Positions 12,049 to 25,152 are shown, numbered from the stretch's first letter. The stretch is 64,000 bases of DNA from Octopus sinensis (GCF_006345805.1 NC_043000.1:42532001-42596000); one strand, 5' to 3'. Notes: generated by a model from the letters alone, not told the origin. A program made the numbers and translations.

Positions 12049-12494
12049 AACCTTTGCATTTGATTTTTTAATGTCTCTACCCTCATACTTTCTTGGGTTG
12101 AATTGAGCAAACACTATATGAGAGAGGTTTTCTTTAAGTGTTAGAAATAGTTTTATAAAAAGTTTTTTTAGCTGCTATTTCTAACGAGTTCAGTATGCGG
12201 CAAAGTAATCTATTTTACTAAGCCCTTTTATATAATGTAATATATATATATATATATATATATATCAATTTATATAAATAAGGATAAGATTGTTATTCCA
12301 TTGATGAGGCAAAGCATTTCTTATTCAGAGCCAGTAATCTGGGATCTGAAATTATCCAGTAATTCTTTTTGTAGATTAGTTTGTCTTTTTGTCTTCTCCC
12401 CTGGTGCTGTATGAACATTTAATGTGGTTTTATAGTCACGTTTTGGTTGCTATTTCAAGCGTGGTGGTATCTCTTAGATACCCTAAATTATATA

Positions 12495-12559
<65 letters not shown>

Positions 12560-12591
12560 CATACCACACACACACACACATATATATATAT

Positions 12592-12623
<32 letters not shown>

Positions 12624-12994
12624 GTATGTAATATATGTCTCTCTCTCTCTCTCTGTTGTGTGTGTACAATATGTATGTACACTATGTATGCATAACATAT
12701 TCTCTATCCACTCCTGTCTTCATTAGCGATTGATGAATGTCTTTGACTAAACAATACATCGGTGATATGATAGACGACTTAATATAGAGTTATTGTGTCA
12801 CATTCAATATATCCACGTCTATGATTTTAATAGCATCCATTTATTATCGTATTAACGTCGTGGTCAATCAATCTACTTTTTTAAAATCTTCCGTCACTTC
12901 TTAATATATACGTACAGACACACATCTATACGCATATATTAATATGTATTTATACTGGTATATATTCTTACACACATACGCCCCCCTCATGAGG

Positions 12995-13043
<49 letters not shown>

Positions 13044-13206
13044 GAGAGAGAGAGAGAGAGAGAGAGAATATAGATAGAGAATATGTTATGCATACATTTG
13101 TGTACATACGTATTGTACACACACAACAGAGAGAGAGTGAGAGAGAAACATATATATATATATATATATAATATATATATATATATTATATATATATATA
13201 TATTAT

Positions 13207-13240
<34 letters not shown>

Positions 13241-13460
13241 ATACGTACATATACATATGCATATGTATTTATCTATATTAATCTATCTCTGTTTGTCTGC
13301 CTGTCTGTCTATCTATCTGTCTGTCTGTATGTATGTGTGTCTTTCTCTGTAAATATATATGTACATATTTATATATACAGGTATATACATATACATGCAT
13401 AATGCATACATACATGCGTACATACATACACACGTACATACATACACACATATATACATG

Positions 13461-13510
13461 CATACATACATACATACATACATACATACATACATACATA
13501 CATACATACA

Positions 13511-13540
<30 letters not shown>
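13461..13540. repeat. (ATAC)n microsatellite within a compound TA/CA/GA field (12.2-14.1 kb)
   Basis: Directly visible. Confidence 0.9.
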
Positions 13541-13542
<2 letters not shown>

Positions 13543-14028
13543 CGCACATCGGTGCATACAGACAACTGAACGATTTTTGCCTCGGCTGGCTATTTAACGG
13601 GAAAATATCTAACCACGAAAAGAAAGAAAATAAAAAAAAAATTAAAAAATACGACAATGTACAATGCCATAAAATGGTACATCATTATTATATCCATCTA
13701 GTCAGGATGTGTGTGATTTGACATCAGCAAGTCTCGTGGTGAGCCAGTTGCAATGTTCAGCTGTTCTGAAATTATTCGCACATTCATCATTTTGTATGTC
13801 AGTTCAAAAATCCTTAAATTACATACGTAACTACGTTACTATGTAACTATGTAGAATGGTGGCTATATTGTGAACAACGAACAAATCAATGTAATTACTC
13901 TCAATAGAGACAGCTTAGATTTGACATTGCAGTAGTCTGCCTACATTCCTATATTCGTATCTAGTTACCAACCAATCTACCTACCTACGTAAATGCATAT
14001 ATATGTATATACATATATATTTACTTCC

Positions 14029-14062
<34 letters not shown>

Positions 14063-15099
14063 GTATAGATGTATACATATATGTATGTGTGTATATGTGT
14101 GTGGGTGTGTGGGTGTGTGTATAAACACATGTACATCTATCCATTTATATTTACGCAAAAACATACTTTTTATTTATTGCCAATATTTTTTGTGGTTATT
14201 GTTGCTGTTGTTGTTGTAGTTGTTGCTGTGCAATCTTATTAATTTATATTAATCAATCCTGCTGATATTCTACCCTATCATTACCGCTCTTGATTTTTTT
14301 TCCTTTTACGATATAGCAATTATCTGATGTTTAATTGGATACTAAGTCTCATAAGTTTGTCACTTTGTTTTAAAAAATAGTGATACAGCGGGATTCTCTG
14401 ACCGTGAGACTGGCATGATCTCGAAGACAGAAGAAATTGATGCGGATGATGTTCAGTTTGAAACTCCGCAAATCTGTGTTTTTAAGAATATTGTTATCAG
14501 CGAAGTTTTTTGTTTTAATTGTTTCTATTAATCCCGAGTCAGCGCTGATTGAGCAGACAAATGAACGAAGGCATTACAGTTACTACTATAACATCTCATA
14601 TTTTTATATATCTAGGTCGAAAGTACGCAATGAATCCTTAATGATTGTTTGGGAAGCTACCTTTGGTTTCAATCAGATTTGGTTGCCATTTTTAGCAGAT
14701 GAAATCACCACAATGTGATCCCTTCATTGGTTCTCGTACAGGAAGTTAATTATATTAGGTCACTATTCTCGGAAGTAATTTTGTACAGTGTATATGACGG
14801 CGTAAATGATGATGTTTCAACTTTGAAATATCCTATCAAAATGTTAGGTGTAACATGTGAATCTTATATTTTGTGGAGTGTGGTATATCATTAGTATGGT
14901 TGTTAATGGTAGACTAACCCTTGTCTAGGTAACAACCGGTACATAAATACATACTGTTACCCGCGGCAAATGTTTAGATTGGAATCTGAGTGATTAGATA
15001 CATTGAAGATGATACTGATGGATAAACGGGTGTTGTTGAAGAATGTATGCAAGTATTGAAGTTTTTTCTGCACCACATATTAAACGTTTTAAAGATCCT

Positions 15100-15320
15100 T
15101 CCCAAGCCATGGACTCATAACACCGATATCCCATATTCTGAGGTGTTTATATACTTTCCAATGGACGGAGCACCGGTACGACGCAAGATTACACTTTTTG
15201 CCAGCTAAGTGGAATGGAGAAACCTCAAATGAAGTGCTTTGCTCAAGAACTCAAAGCATCGCCCGTCCAGGAAACCACAATCCTACGTTCATGAATGCAA
15301 CACCCTTCAAATACTCGCGC
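15100..15320 (-). mobile_element. Degenerate tRNA-derived SINE-like repeat
   Basis: AAATGAAGTGCTTTGCTCAAGAAC motif, with similar motifs at ~48215 and ~63670. Family assignment is by recognition only. Confidence 0.4.
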
Positions 15321-16111
15321 CTTCAAATACTAAAATTTTCGTGTGAGTTGATATGTTATGAACGTCAGTCAGTACTGTTAGCAGTCGAAATTCAATAATT
15401 GGCTCATTTCTGAGTCACACACTAATTTGTTCATATGAGCGACTCATTTTGTTGAGCTATATATCAACCTTCTACGACATTGTTTGTCATGTTAGAAACA
15501 TCATCCACGTCTTCTCTAAGTAGTATCTTGCCGACTTAGCCTCGTTTGGTGTAGAAAGGATAAATGTCTTAATGTAGTGAAAGATACACCACATCTGAAA
15601 AAAAAACACTGATATTATCGTTTCTTTGAAAAGAAGTTTTATTATTCAGTTAATACAGTAACACTATCTAAGTTGCTTGATAGATAAAATAATCGAATCA
15701 ATACGGAACTAAGCAATTTGGATCCGAAAACTTCACGAGTTTAGTTTCCCCGACATATTTGTGTTGTGGCTACCATCAAGAAAAATAATACTTGTTTCTT
15801 CTCTCTTCTTTCTCACTGATAAATCATTTATTCCAATTTGTTAACTTTTTTCGATTTCTGGAAAACCCGATTCCCGTAAGCCTAAATAGATATATCATGA
15901 TATTGTCGATTGTTGTCATTCGCAAGCAGATGCAGATAATAAAACTATTCAGCCTTTAGTTCCATTTGTGAATCAAGGCGGGATGACTGGAGATCATTTT
16001 AGTAGTGTATTTGAATCATTACAAAAAAACAACAACAACACAAAACAAAAAAAAAACAGTAATGACCGAATTATTCTCCAGTCACTATAGCCAGCGAAGG
16101 AAGCTCTTCGC

Positions 16112-16280
16112 AGAAGTTTGACCAGCTAGAAAAAGCAGAGCCATCTTTGACTCACATCTTAACGTCATGATTTATTCAATAGGCAATGTAGTTTCTAAAA
16201 TATAACCGGGTTGCTCACGGCTGAAGCATTTATGATCATATATTTGTTCTGATTTGATGAAGCGCTAAACAACAACAACA
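16112..16280 (+). mobile_element. Degenerate dispersed repeat (family C; GCTAGAAATAGCAG...GCTAAACAACAAC)
   Basis: Related copies or fragments at ~41150-41338 (+), ~37700-37790 (+) and ~33262-33385 (-). Confidence 0.45.
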
Positions 16281-17082
16281 TGGGATTGTCTACATGAACG
16301 CTCGAGTTGCAAGAAATAACAGCTAAATTAACCTACAATCTAAACACAAAATGGACACAATGAATAAAGTACTTTAATATGTAGTATAAAAGGAAAGAGG
16401 GAACAACACAAAATAATGTAAACATGAACACATTTGATGAGCTATCCCTCAGCTGAAGAGCTGATCCAGAGTTACACAACAAGTGGAACGTTGCTATCAC
16501 AGTTACTAGCACATAACATTCGACCTTCACTCGCCCAGTAGTTGTATTCATTAAAATGCCAGATGGATAGATATAAGAAAAATTACCTGTTTCTATCCCA
16601 ACTTAACACATCTCATTCAACAGGTTACGAACTGCTAAAATTTAAAAAACAGTAGATCTTTTTAGGATTCCTTCTCTTTGGGAGACAAGTATATGATGGC
16701 AACTTGGTACAGTTACTAATGCGCTAGATACGATTCAAGCTATTTGTTCTTGCACTTCGTTAACTGTTCAGGCTACCCATTCCCGGTACCAGTCCTGTAT
16801 CGTTTTTGATCATTCTCGTTTCTTTTCTACTTAGTTTCTCTTGAAGAAAAATCGCCTTCATCTAGAGAGGGATGAGCTCCGCCAGGATACGTCCAATTAT
16901 TTTGGCCGCGGTGCACAAAGATTAAATGAGTGGATGAAGGATTAAAGTATCTAATCTGTACTGGAAAGACTGTAGAGAAACTTTCATACGACAATGCAGT
17001 ATCAGTAAAGAAAAATTGAAAGACGGGTTAAAAGTGAAACACTAAGCTAGTCGGAGTGAAAGAGAAGGAGAGAGAGAGATAG

Positions 17083-17160
<78 letters not shown>

Positions 17161-17320
17161 GGGAATATAGATAATGAAAAGTGTAAAAGTGACAAAGGAA
17201 TTTATGAAAGAAATTTACAAAAGAAAAGAAAGTTCATTTTTCTTTATTTTAGAAATTTTAACACTTATTTTTCTATAATATACAGTAAAACTTAATATAA
17301 ACAATATTCTAAAGGAAGTC

Positions 17321-17720
17321 AGACGGCGACCTGGCAGAATTGTTAGCACGCCGAGCGAAATGCGTCGCCGTATTTCGTCTGCCGTTACGTTCTGAGTTCA
17401 AATTCCACCGAGGTCGACTTTACCTTTCATCCTTTCGGGATCGATAAATTAAGTACCAGTTACGCACTGGGGTAGATATAATCGACTTAATCCGTTTATC
17501 TGTCCTTCTTTGTCTCTTCCGTGTTTAGCCCTTGTGGGTAGTAAAATAATAGTAAAAAAATCTGTCTTTAAGTTCTGAGTTTAAATTCCATGAGGTCGAA
17601 TTTGCATTGCATCACTTCGCGGTCGATAAATTAAGTATCAGTTGCGTACTGTGGTCGATCTAATCGACTGCCCCCCCCCCTCCGAAAATTTCTGGCATTG
17701 TGCCTAGAGTAGAAAAGAAT
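17321..17720 (+). mobile_element. SINE family A: full copy (17321-17552) followed by a headless second body
   Basis: A/B boxes, central GTCGACTTT.CCTTTCATCCTTTCGGG.TCGATAAATTAAGTACCAG (Meta/MESC-like domain by recognition), and tail TTGTGGGTAGTAAA. Confidence 0.9.
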
Positions 17721-17924
17721 ATTTTAAATGGGGCTTTGATTTGTTCCGTTTGTCCAGTTACTTCTGACTAGTCCAAATTTTGTTCCAATGGTGTTATCAT
17801 GCTTTTATTGTTTCTGCAGAATAATTTACTATTTAGAGTAGACCTTTAAGTATTTTCTACTTTTCATTTAGTTTTTAAAAAAATCCATTATCATTGGAGT
17901 TCTGTTGAACAGGCATTATCACAT

Positions 17925-18215
17925 GTGGGATGAATCCTCCTATTGGCTGAATTCTTCGTAAGGAGGGTCCCACTAACCAAAGTAGGGCAGGCGGTGTTCC
18001 TCTGTTCAAAGGCTATGATTAAAGAGGTTGCGGGTGAACGAGGCTGAAAGGGTTGAGGAAAGGTCTTTCCTCTTCGGTCAAGTCCACATCACCTTTTTTA
18101 AGTTCCACTTGGAAAAGAAACTGGGGGTGGAGCGGAAAGTGCTACATCCCGCTAAATTTGTGAAAAGAGAGTAACTGTGGCAAAAATGGTAAGGGTGAAC
18201 TGAACTACTTCAACA
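17925..18215 (+). mobile_element. Possible decayed C-terminal fragment of an L1/Tx1-like LINE
   Basis: GC-richer island translating FGQVHITFFKFHLEKKLGVERKVLHPAKFVKR. Family assignment is from memory only. Confidence 0.35.
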
Positions 18216-18249
18216 AACTTGCTGGCCTTGTGCGAAAATTTGAAATCAA

Positions 18250-18302
<53 letters not shown>

Positions 18303-18313
18303 TATTATTATTA

Positions 18314-18353
<40 letters not shown>

Positions 18354-18397
18354 TTATTATTATCATTATCATCACCATTATCATTATTATTATTACA

Positions 18398-18602
18398 AGG
18401 CAGAATCGTTAGCACGTCGGGCTAAATGCTTAGCGGTATTCGCCCGTCGCTACGTTCTGAGTTCAAATTCCACCGAGGTCGACTTTGCCTTTCATCCTTC
18501 TGGAGTCGATAAATTAAATAGCAGTGAAACACTGAGGTCAATGTAATCGAATCGACACATCCCCGCCCCCAAAATGGCTGCCCTTGTGGCAAAATTTGAA
18601 AC

Positions 18603-18603
<1 letters not shown>
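18398..18603 (+). mobile_element. SINE family A inserted in (ATT)n
   Basis: GGCAGAATCGTTAGCACG...GAGTTCAAATTCC...GTCGACTTTGCCTTTCATCC. Confidence 0.85.
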
Positions 18604-18669
<66 letters not shown>

Positions 18670-18672
<3 letters not shown>

Positions 18673-20561
18673 TAGTTTTATTTTTATAGCGTGCTTTCAC
18701 TTCACTACCGAGCGCAGCTCTGTGTGCCTTGGGTATGTGCTGTGATTTGTTGTGATGCTCTGATGGTTATTGTATGGAAAGTGTTCTGCGTAGGATGTGT
18801 GCAGTGCCTAGTAGTGCAATTTTCTGTATGTTATATGTGTTTGTAAGTCCTGGTGTTTTTGTTATGTATTTGTCTGAATATTTTTTTATCATGCCTAATG
18901 CACCTACTATGATAGGAATTGTTTCTGTTTTCAGATTCCACATTCTAGTTACCTCTATTTCCAGGTCTTTGTATTTTGAGAGTTTCTCCATTTCTTTTAG
19001 AGACACGTTGTCATCTGCCGGTATTGATACATCAATTAGAAAGCATTTTTTTTTCTTCATGATCTTTGACAACTATATCTGGTCTGTTGGCCTTAATTTC
19101 TCTATCTGTGTGTATCGGCATATCCCAGAGTATGGTTGCTTTCTCGTTTTCTGTGACCTTTTCTGGTGTGTGCTTATACCATCTTTTTTCTGTTGTTATT
19201 CCATAATGTTGGCATAGCTTCCGATGTATGTAGGTTCCAACTCTGTCATGTCTGTGAATATATTCCTTCTTAGCCAGGACTGGGCAGCTAGAGATAATAT
19301 GATTTATTGGTTCTTGTCCATCTCCACATATTCTGCAGTTACTTGTAATATATCTTTTCATTACATGTTTTTGGTAATTTCTGGTGGGGAGGCTTTGGTC
19401 TTGTGCTGCAATTAAAAATCCCTCTGTTTCTGCTTTGAGTCCTGAGCTTCTCAACCATTGCTGGGATTTTTCTTTGTCTATTTCTTTTGCGTTTAGTTTA
19501 GTGCAGTATTTACCATGAAGGGGCTTTTCTTGCCATCGTTTTATCATGGTTCATTGCTGTTCTATTTTTAATTTGGATTTCATTTGTTTTATAGCTTTTG
19601 TTGTTTCTTCATCATCTTCTTCTTCTTCTTCGTGTTTATTAGGTGGTATGATTTCTTGTTTGTATTTGTCAGCTTCCTTAAATACTGAGAACAGTTTTTT
19701 GTTTTGCTCGTGTTTTGCTGCTATCTGGATCAGTTTTCCTTCCTTCTGAAGTAGATATTTTTGCAGTCCTATGGTGGTTATTTTATAGTAGTTTTCCAGC
19801 TGTATAAGGCCTCTACCACCTTCTATACGTTGTATATATAGTCTTTCTATGTCAGATTTTGGGTGATGCATCCTAGATCCTGTCAGTATTTTTCTTGTTT
19901 TCCTATCTATTTTGGACAGTTCATTTCGTGTCCAGTTAAGGATATTGTAGCTGTAACTTCTAACTGGGACAGATAAAGTGTTGATACCTATTATCTTGTT
20001 TTTAGCATTGAGCTCTGTTTTAGTATTGATCTAACTCGTCTATAATATTCTTTTTTTAATTTTCTCTTTCATTTGTGTGTGTTGTGTCTTATCTAGTCCA
20101 TGGATTCCTAAGTATTTGTAAGTTTGGCTTTGGTCTAATTCTTTTATTTCATTGGTTTTTATCTAGTGTGATGTTGTTACTCTTAACTAATTTTCCTCTT
20201 TTCATGGTTACTTTGGCGCATTTTTCTAATCCAAATTTCATATCTATTTCTTTGGTAAATCCATGAACTGTCTTTAATAGTGTTTCCAGCTGTTTGTCAT
20301 TTGCAGCGTATAGTTTTAGGTCATCCATATATAAAAGGTGGCTGATCGTTTTGCCGTAACATTTATATCCGCATCCAGTTCTATTTAGCATATCAGATAG
20401 AGGTGACAGTGCCAAGCAGAAAAGGAGTGGAGAGAGCGTGTCTCCCTGGAATATTCATCTTCTAATGGGGATGTCTTTGGTTTTCATGAGTCCCTCTTTT
20501 GTTTGGAGGTGTAGGACTGTTTCCCATTTATTCATAGAGTGCTCTATGAATTTTATGATTG
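18670..20561 (-). mobile_element. 5'-truncated R4/Dong-clade non-LTR retrotransposon (family 1): RT C-terminal half, CCHC zinc knuckle and RLE endonuclease, frameshifted
   Basis: ORF pieces 20149-20415 (LLYMDDLKLY, FGLEKC; upstream IFQGDTLSPLLF), 19551-19871 (RLY..R.EGGRGL), 19032-19547 (CRICG..E..NHIISSC, RHD, RPD) and 18767-19072 (LIDVSIP...KLSKYKDL). (ATT)n on both sides matches the known Dong/R4 preference for (TAA)n. Confidence 0.93.
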
Positions 20562-20569
20562 TATTATTA

Positions 20570-20608
<39 letters not shown>

Positions 20609-20896
20609 AACTATATACGAGATTTAAACAGCAGATTGTCTTTTGCATTTATCAGAACCGACATTAAACTTCACGGTTCCTCTATCACAGTAAAATAATT
20701 CAAAGCCAAGCTAGAAATAACATCGCTGCAGAAATCCAATGCTCAACAGATACTTACCCTCCTTCTGTATTATTGATTAATATTTGTTTATAGTACTTTC
20801 GTTTTATTTGATTATCATGGTAAAAAGATATTTTGATCATTATCATCTTCATCATCATATTTACCAATATTGTTTTTATTATCATAGTTGTTATGG

Positions 20897-21295
20897 AAAG
20901 CGGCTAGTTGGCAGAATTGTTAACGCGATGGACAAACTAATTAAGGGCATTTCGCTCGTCCTTACGTTCCGTGTTCAAATGCTGCCGAGGTCAACTTTGA
21001 TCGCCATCCTTGTAGTTTCGATGAAATAATATCTGTTGAGCAGTGGTGGCGATTTAAGCGACTGGCCCCATCTTCCAAAATTTCATACCTTATGCCTTTT
21101 GTAGAGAATATTATTAAAGTTGTTGCGTAATATGGTGAGCAGGCAGAATCGTTTACACCACTAGACAAAATTCTTCGTGGCATATCGTCCGGCTTTACTT
21201 TCTGAGTTGAAATGTTGCTGAGGTTGAGACTTTGCCTTTCATTCGTTCGCTCGATAAACTGCGTACAAACTGATCACTGGGGTCGATGTAATCGA
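20897..21295 (+). mobile_element. Two adjacent degenerate family-A SINE copies
   Basis: TGGCAGAATTGTTA...GTTCAAAT..GCCGAGGTCAACTTTG at 20897-21113 and GGCAGAATCGTT...GACTTTGCCTTTCAT at 21132-21295. Confidence 0.75.
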
Positions 21296-21538
21296 ATATA
21301 TATATATATTATATATATATATATATATATACCACAGAACTCGCAGAACCAAACACTTATAACTCTGCATTATCTAAACTTAATAAGAATATGAAGCAAT
21401 AAAAGCAACCAATATCAATGTAACCTTTATAAACCATAAAGATATTTTCCACTAGAATGAAGGGCGACTATAAATAATGAGTTATAAACATCTTCGAAGA
21501 AGAATAGCAAATTTATATTCCCGTCATCAGCTGCCAAA

Positions 21539-21586
21539 CAGATATCACTATGGCTTCGACACCTGGTCAGTACCATTCAACCCAGT

Positions 21587-21590
<4 letters not shown>
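21539..21590 (+). repeat. Dispersed repeat segment next to (TA)n, with an inverted copy at 58355-58406
   Basis: GATATCACTATGGCTTCGACACCTGGTCAGTACCATTCAA versus the reverse complement of TTGAATGGTACTGCCCAGGTGTCGAAGCCATAATGATATC. Confidence 0.7.
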
Positions 21591-21683
<93 letters not shown>

Positions 21684-22217
21684 ATATGTATATATGTATG
21701 TGTGTGTGTAAATATATATATATGTGTGCATGTATGTAATTACGTATGTGTGAGTGTTTGTATTTGTCTTTGCTCCCCTACACCCACCTGACAACCAGTG
21801 ATAGCTTGTTCATTTTCAGCAAGAGAGACTGTTACATAAATCATCAAAAATTTACGAAGGTCGATTGTTCGTCTGAACGCTTCTAGGCAGTGTCCCATTC
21901 CAGCATAGCTGCAGTGCAATGATAGATACACAATTCAAAGAGAAAAGATAATTGCTTTGAAAGCAAACGGCAGTAGTAGTAGTAAAAGCAAAAACAATGA
22001 CATTAACAAAAGTAACAACAGCAAGAACAGCAGAAATAATAGCAAAGGCAAAACTAGCAGGAGTATACCGGTAACAACAACAGCAGCAGCAGCTGTTGCA
22101 GCAGTAGCAGTAGCAGCAGTAGCAGCAGCAGCAGCAATAAAAACACAGAAATGCTATTACTAACGTTTTCGACATTGTCTCACTTGATAAAATGCATGCA
22201 CATTTAAAAGAGACGTA

Positions 22218-22297
22218 AGAACACGTTAACAGACTAGAACACATTAACAGACTAGGACACATTAACAGACTAGGACACATTAAGAAACTAGGACACA
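22218..22297. repeat. 18-bp minisatellite (TTAACAGACTAGGACACA) x~4.5
   Basis: Directly visible. Confidence 0.85.
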
Positions 22298-23417
22298 AAA
22301 CCTTTTTGCTCGAACAGAAAAGAAAACAGTTCTGTATAGTTGATTACCAACGAAAAGACACAAACTAGAACGTATACATTAAACGAAGCTGGACCGTGTC
22401 TTAGAAACATATGGGTAGCTATCAGTTTTTGGGACCTGCCGATAGTTGCTAAACTATTACGAAACCATAGCCCAGAGCAATTCATCGTTCCACAAAGGGT
22501 TGAAGAGTTTACGCTGAAACTAATCTATTTGAGACTGAGTGTGATCCAAGTAAAATTCTCGAATATGCCATCAGTACTATGTTAGTGGAGGGTGATGAAG
22601 CATAAGGTTGTGAATGATCGCAGCACCCTGCTAGAAATAGAATGATAGCAAAAGGAAAGTTAGAATGGGATGAATTAAACGATGCGAACTGAGTGATGCA
22701 TGAGACAAATTCCCCAGCCTAACAAAATGGTTGGAGTGGGGCGAACAAGTCATCGATATTCCAACTGTGGAAAGACAAATAACCTCGAGGTTTCTCCGCC
22801 CCAGCAACAACAGAAAATAACTGCTGAAAGAAGGCTTTCAATACTGTCCACATGACGGTTGCTGTCTTGTGGAATTATGTCAGCTACATGCTGTCGCGTG
22901 TAGGAGACATCCGGCTATCAACTGAGTCTATTGTGAAGATCATCTCTGCCTTACTTTGGCTGAGAAAGACAGGCAGATTTCAGCTGCCCGGTAACCAGGA
23001 TAAAAAAGATTTTGTAGTGGGCAAGACTGAAAGAACAGAAGACAGACACCGTCTTCTTTGGCCAAGCCCTCTTCAAATTTTTAATTTTCTCATGATGGAA
23101 GGTGTAGAATGAAGTGCAGTGTCATAACAAATTCGTCGAAAGTTGGATGAGAGCGGTAAGCAAGGCTCGAATGAATAGGCTTGCTACGGATGTACGACTA
23201 TAGACTGAGGGAAATGCTATCTTTCCCTGGTCGTCAGGGTCAACTCTGTGTGGAGCTCTTCTCATTTTGCCATCGTAGATCGCGTTTTGGGGAATCATTT
23301 CTTGTTTGAATGTTTTTGTTTCTTTTATTTTATAATTTACACGTTTTTATGTAAATCTTCTCTGTTTCGTCTTCTGATGTCAAACATTTTTGCGAAAACT
23401 TACTAGCTAGGAAAAAA

Positions 23418-23621
23418 ATTCTTCTTCTTCTTCTTCTTCTTGTTCTTGTTCTTGTTCTTGTTCTTCTTCTTCTTCTTCTTCTTCTTCTTCTTCTTCTTCT
23501 TCTTCTTTTTCTTCTTCTTCTTCTTCTTCTTTTCTTCTTCTTCTTTTCTTCTTCTTCTTTTCTTCTTCTTCTTCTTCTTCTTCTTCTTCTTCGTCGTCGT
23601 CGTCTTCTTCTTCTGCTTCTT

Positions 23622-23652
<31 letters not shown>

Positions 23653-23664
23653 TTATTATTATTA

Positions 23665-23730
<66 letters not shown>
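23418..23730. repeat. Compound (TTC)n-(ATT)n microsatellite
   Basis: Directly visible. Confidence 0.95.
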
Positions 23731-23734
<4 letters not shown>

Positions 23735-23872
23735 GTTTGACTGTTGCTTTGCATTTGTACAAATTGACCTAAGTTTCACCCAGAGACCTCGAGAGACAAC
23801 AACTTAAAAGTTCATGTTGGTGTTATGCCTAGGCTGTATTTGGTTTTGTACATAGTATTGTTCTAGAGAATC
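23731..23872 (-). mobile_element. 3' UTR-only copy of R4/Dong family 2 in (ATT)n
   Basis: Aligns with 53370-53511 (GCTTTGCATTTGTACAA...CACCCAGAGACCTC...GTTCATGTTGGT...GTATTGTTCTAGAGAAT). Confidence 0.85.
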
Positions 23873-23876
23873 ATTA

Positions 23877-23947
<71 letters not shown>

Positions 23948-24043
23948 TCCGTGGCACTTCGGTCGAAATTGAAGAACACTTGGCATTTGAATTTTTGTAT
24001 GTGAGAACAATTTTGGCAGAAATGCGACACCAATTTTTTTCTA

Positions 24044-24257
24044 AAGCGGTGAGCTGGCAGAATCTTTAGCATGCCGGGCAGTACGCTTAGCGGCATTTCG
24101 TCCATTTTTACATTCAGAGTTCAAATTCCGCCGAGGTCAACTTTGCCTCTCATCCTTTTGGTGTGGATGAATTAAGCATCAATCAAGTACAAGAGTCGAT
24201 GTGATCGACTGAGGCCTTCCCCACAAGTTTCAGTCATTGTGTCTATGGTAGAAAGGA
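24044..24257 (+). mobile_element. SINE family A
   Basis: GCGGTGAGCTGGCAGAATC...GAGTTCAAATTCCGCCGAGGTCAACTTTGCC. Confidence 0.85.
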
Positions 24258-24957
24258 TTATTATAATTATTATTATTGTTGTTGTTGTTGTTATTAGTTG
24301 ACTTGGCGCAGGACAGGTCTTATTTTTGTTGGATGAATGTGGGTAACGGTACTGCCCGTAAACGCACATATCCATATGATTTCAATAAGCTATGAAGTGC
24401 CCAAAACACTTCTCATGAATTTTCCTGGTCTTAAGAGGGAAACCAGCTGTAAAATTTTACAGGACTTTCCATTCCAATCTCCTTTACATACAATGTCCAT
24501 GTTCTCATCTCATTCTTTAATGGTACAATCATTACAGATCTCATGTTAGAATTTCTTGTACTGTCAACTTTCAACGGTAAATTTTTAACCCAGCGTCTGC
24601 TCTCTTCGCAATCCTGGTATTATAATGGACATGAGGGATCAATCTGTAAGCAAATACGATTTCCTTATTCATTTTTGTAATACGTGACTTGTTATGATCT
24701 ATCTTGTTTCTGAGTAAAGTGCTCTTTTTACTCGATGAATGTACCATGTACTTCTCGCTTCAAACCTCTATTTCCAACAAAGTTTTCAGTGTAAAACGTT
24801 TACTATTTGATAATGCTCTCTATTTTTTTTTTTTCATATTCTACCTGGATCAACAATATGTGACATTTTTCATTTCAAATACTAGACAATCTTCCTTTTG
24901 CCGTCAAATTTTCTCCATGCACATTTTCTCAAGTTGTTTCTTTGCAGCGTTTGACCA

Positions 24958-25152
24958 TGAGCTGCTATAATGAAAATCTTTAGCATACAGATAAATTGTT
25001 TAACGGCATTTCGTCTATGTTCAAATTCCACCGCGGTCATATTTGCCTTTCATTCTTTCGGAGTTGATGGAATAAATACCAGTCAATGATGTAAACAATT
25101 TTCCCCCCTGCCCTCCTACAATTTCAGGCCTTGTGCCTATAATAGAAAAGAT
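24958..25152 (+). mobile_element. Degenerate SINE family A
   Basis: GTTCAAATTCCACCGCGGTC...TTGCCTTTCATTCTTTCGG...GGCCTTGTGCCTAT. Confidence 0.7.

Larger units (their letters stand above)
9514..12242 (-). mobile_element. Retrozyme-like (Penelope-associated) array of a ~564-bp HHR-containing unit: ~4.1 direct copies (9514-11842) plus an inverted ~0.7 copy (11840-12242), inserted in (TA)n
   Basis: Spacing between HHRs is 564, 562 and 563 bp. Copies differ by about one substitution and a few 1-bp indels. Each full unit and the inverted copy has a type I HHR core. (TA)n lies on both flanks. Confidence 0.85.

Noticed and set aside
18670-20561. Active retrotransposon, or the RT source for the HHR elements
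   Set aside because: It is 5'-truncated and frameshifted. It is Dong/R4-type and sits in (AAT)n, whereas the HHR elements show Penelope-type features and different targets.
21485-21545. Minus-strand CTGATGA followed by a GGGAATA/TATTCTT stem
   Set aside because: GAAA and stem I are missing, so it is too decayed to call.
22740-23260. Possible RTE-like LINE remnant
   Set aside because: Only a vague peptide resemblance; no diagnostic motif could be read.
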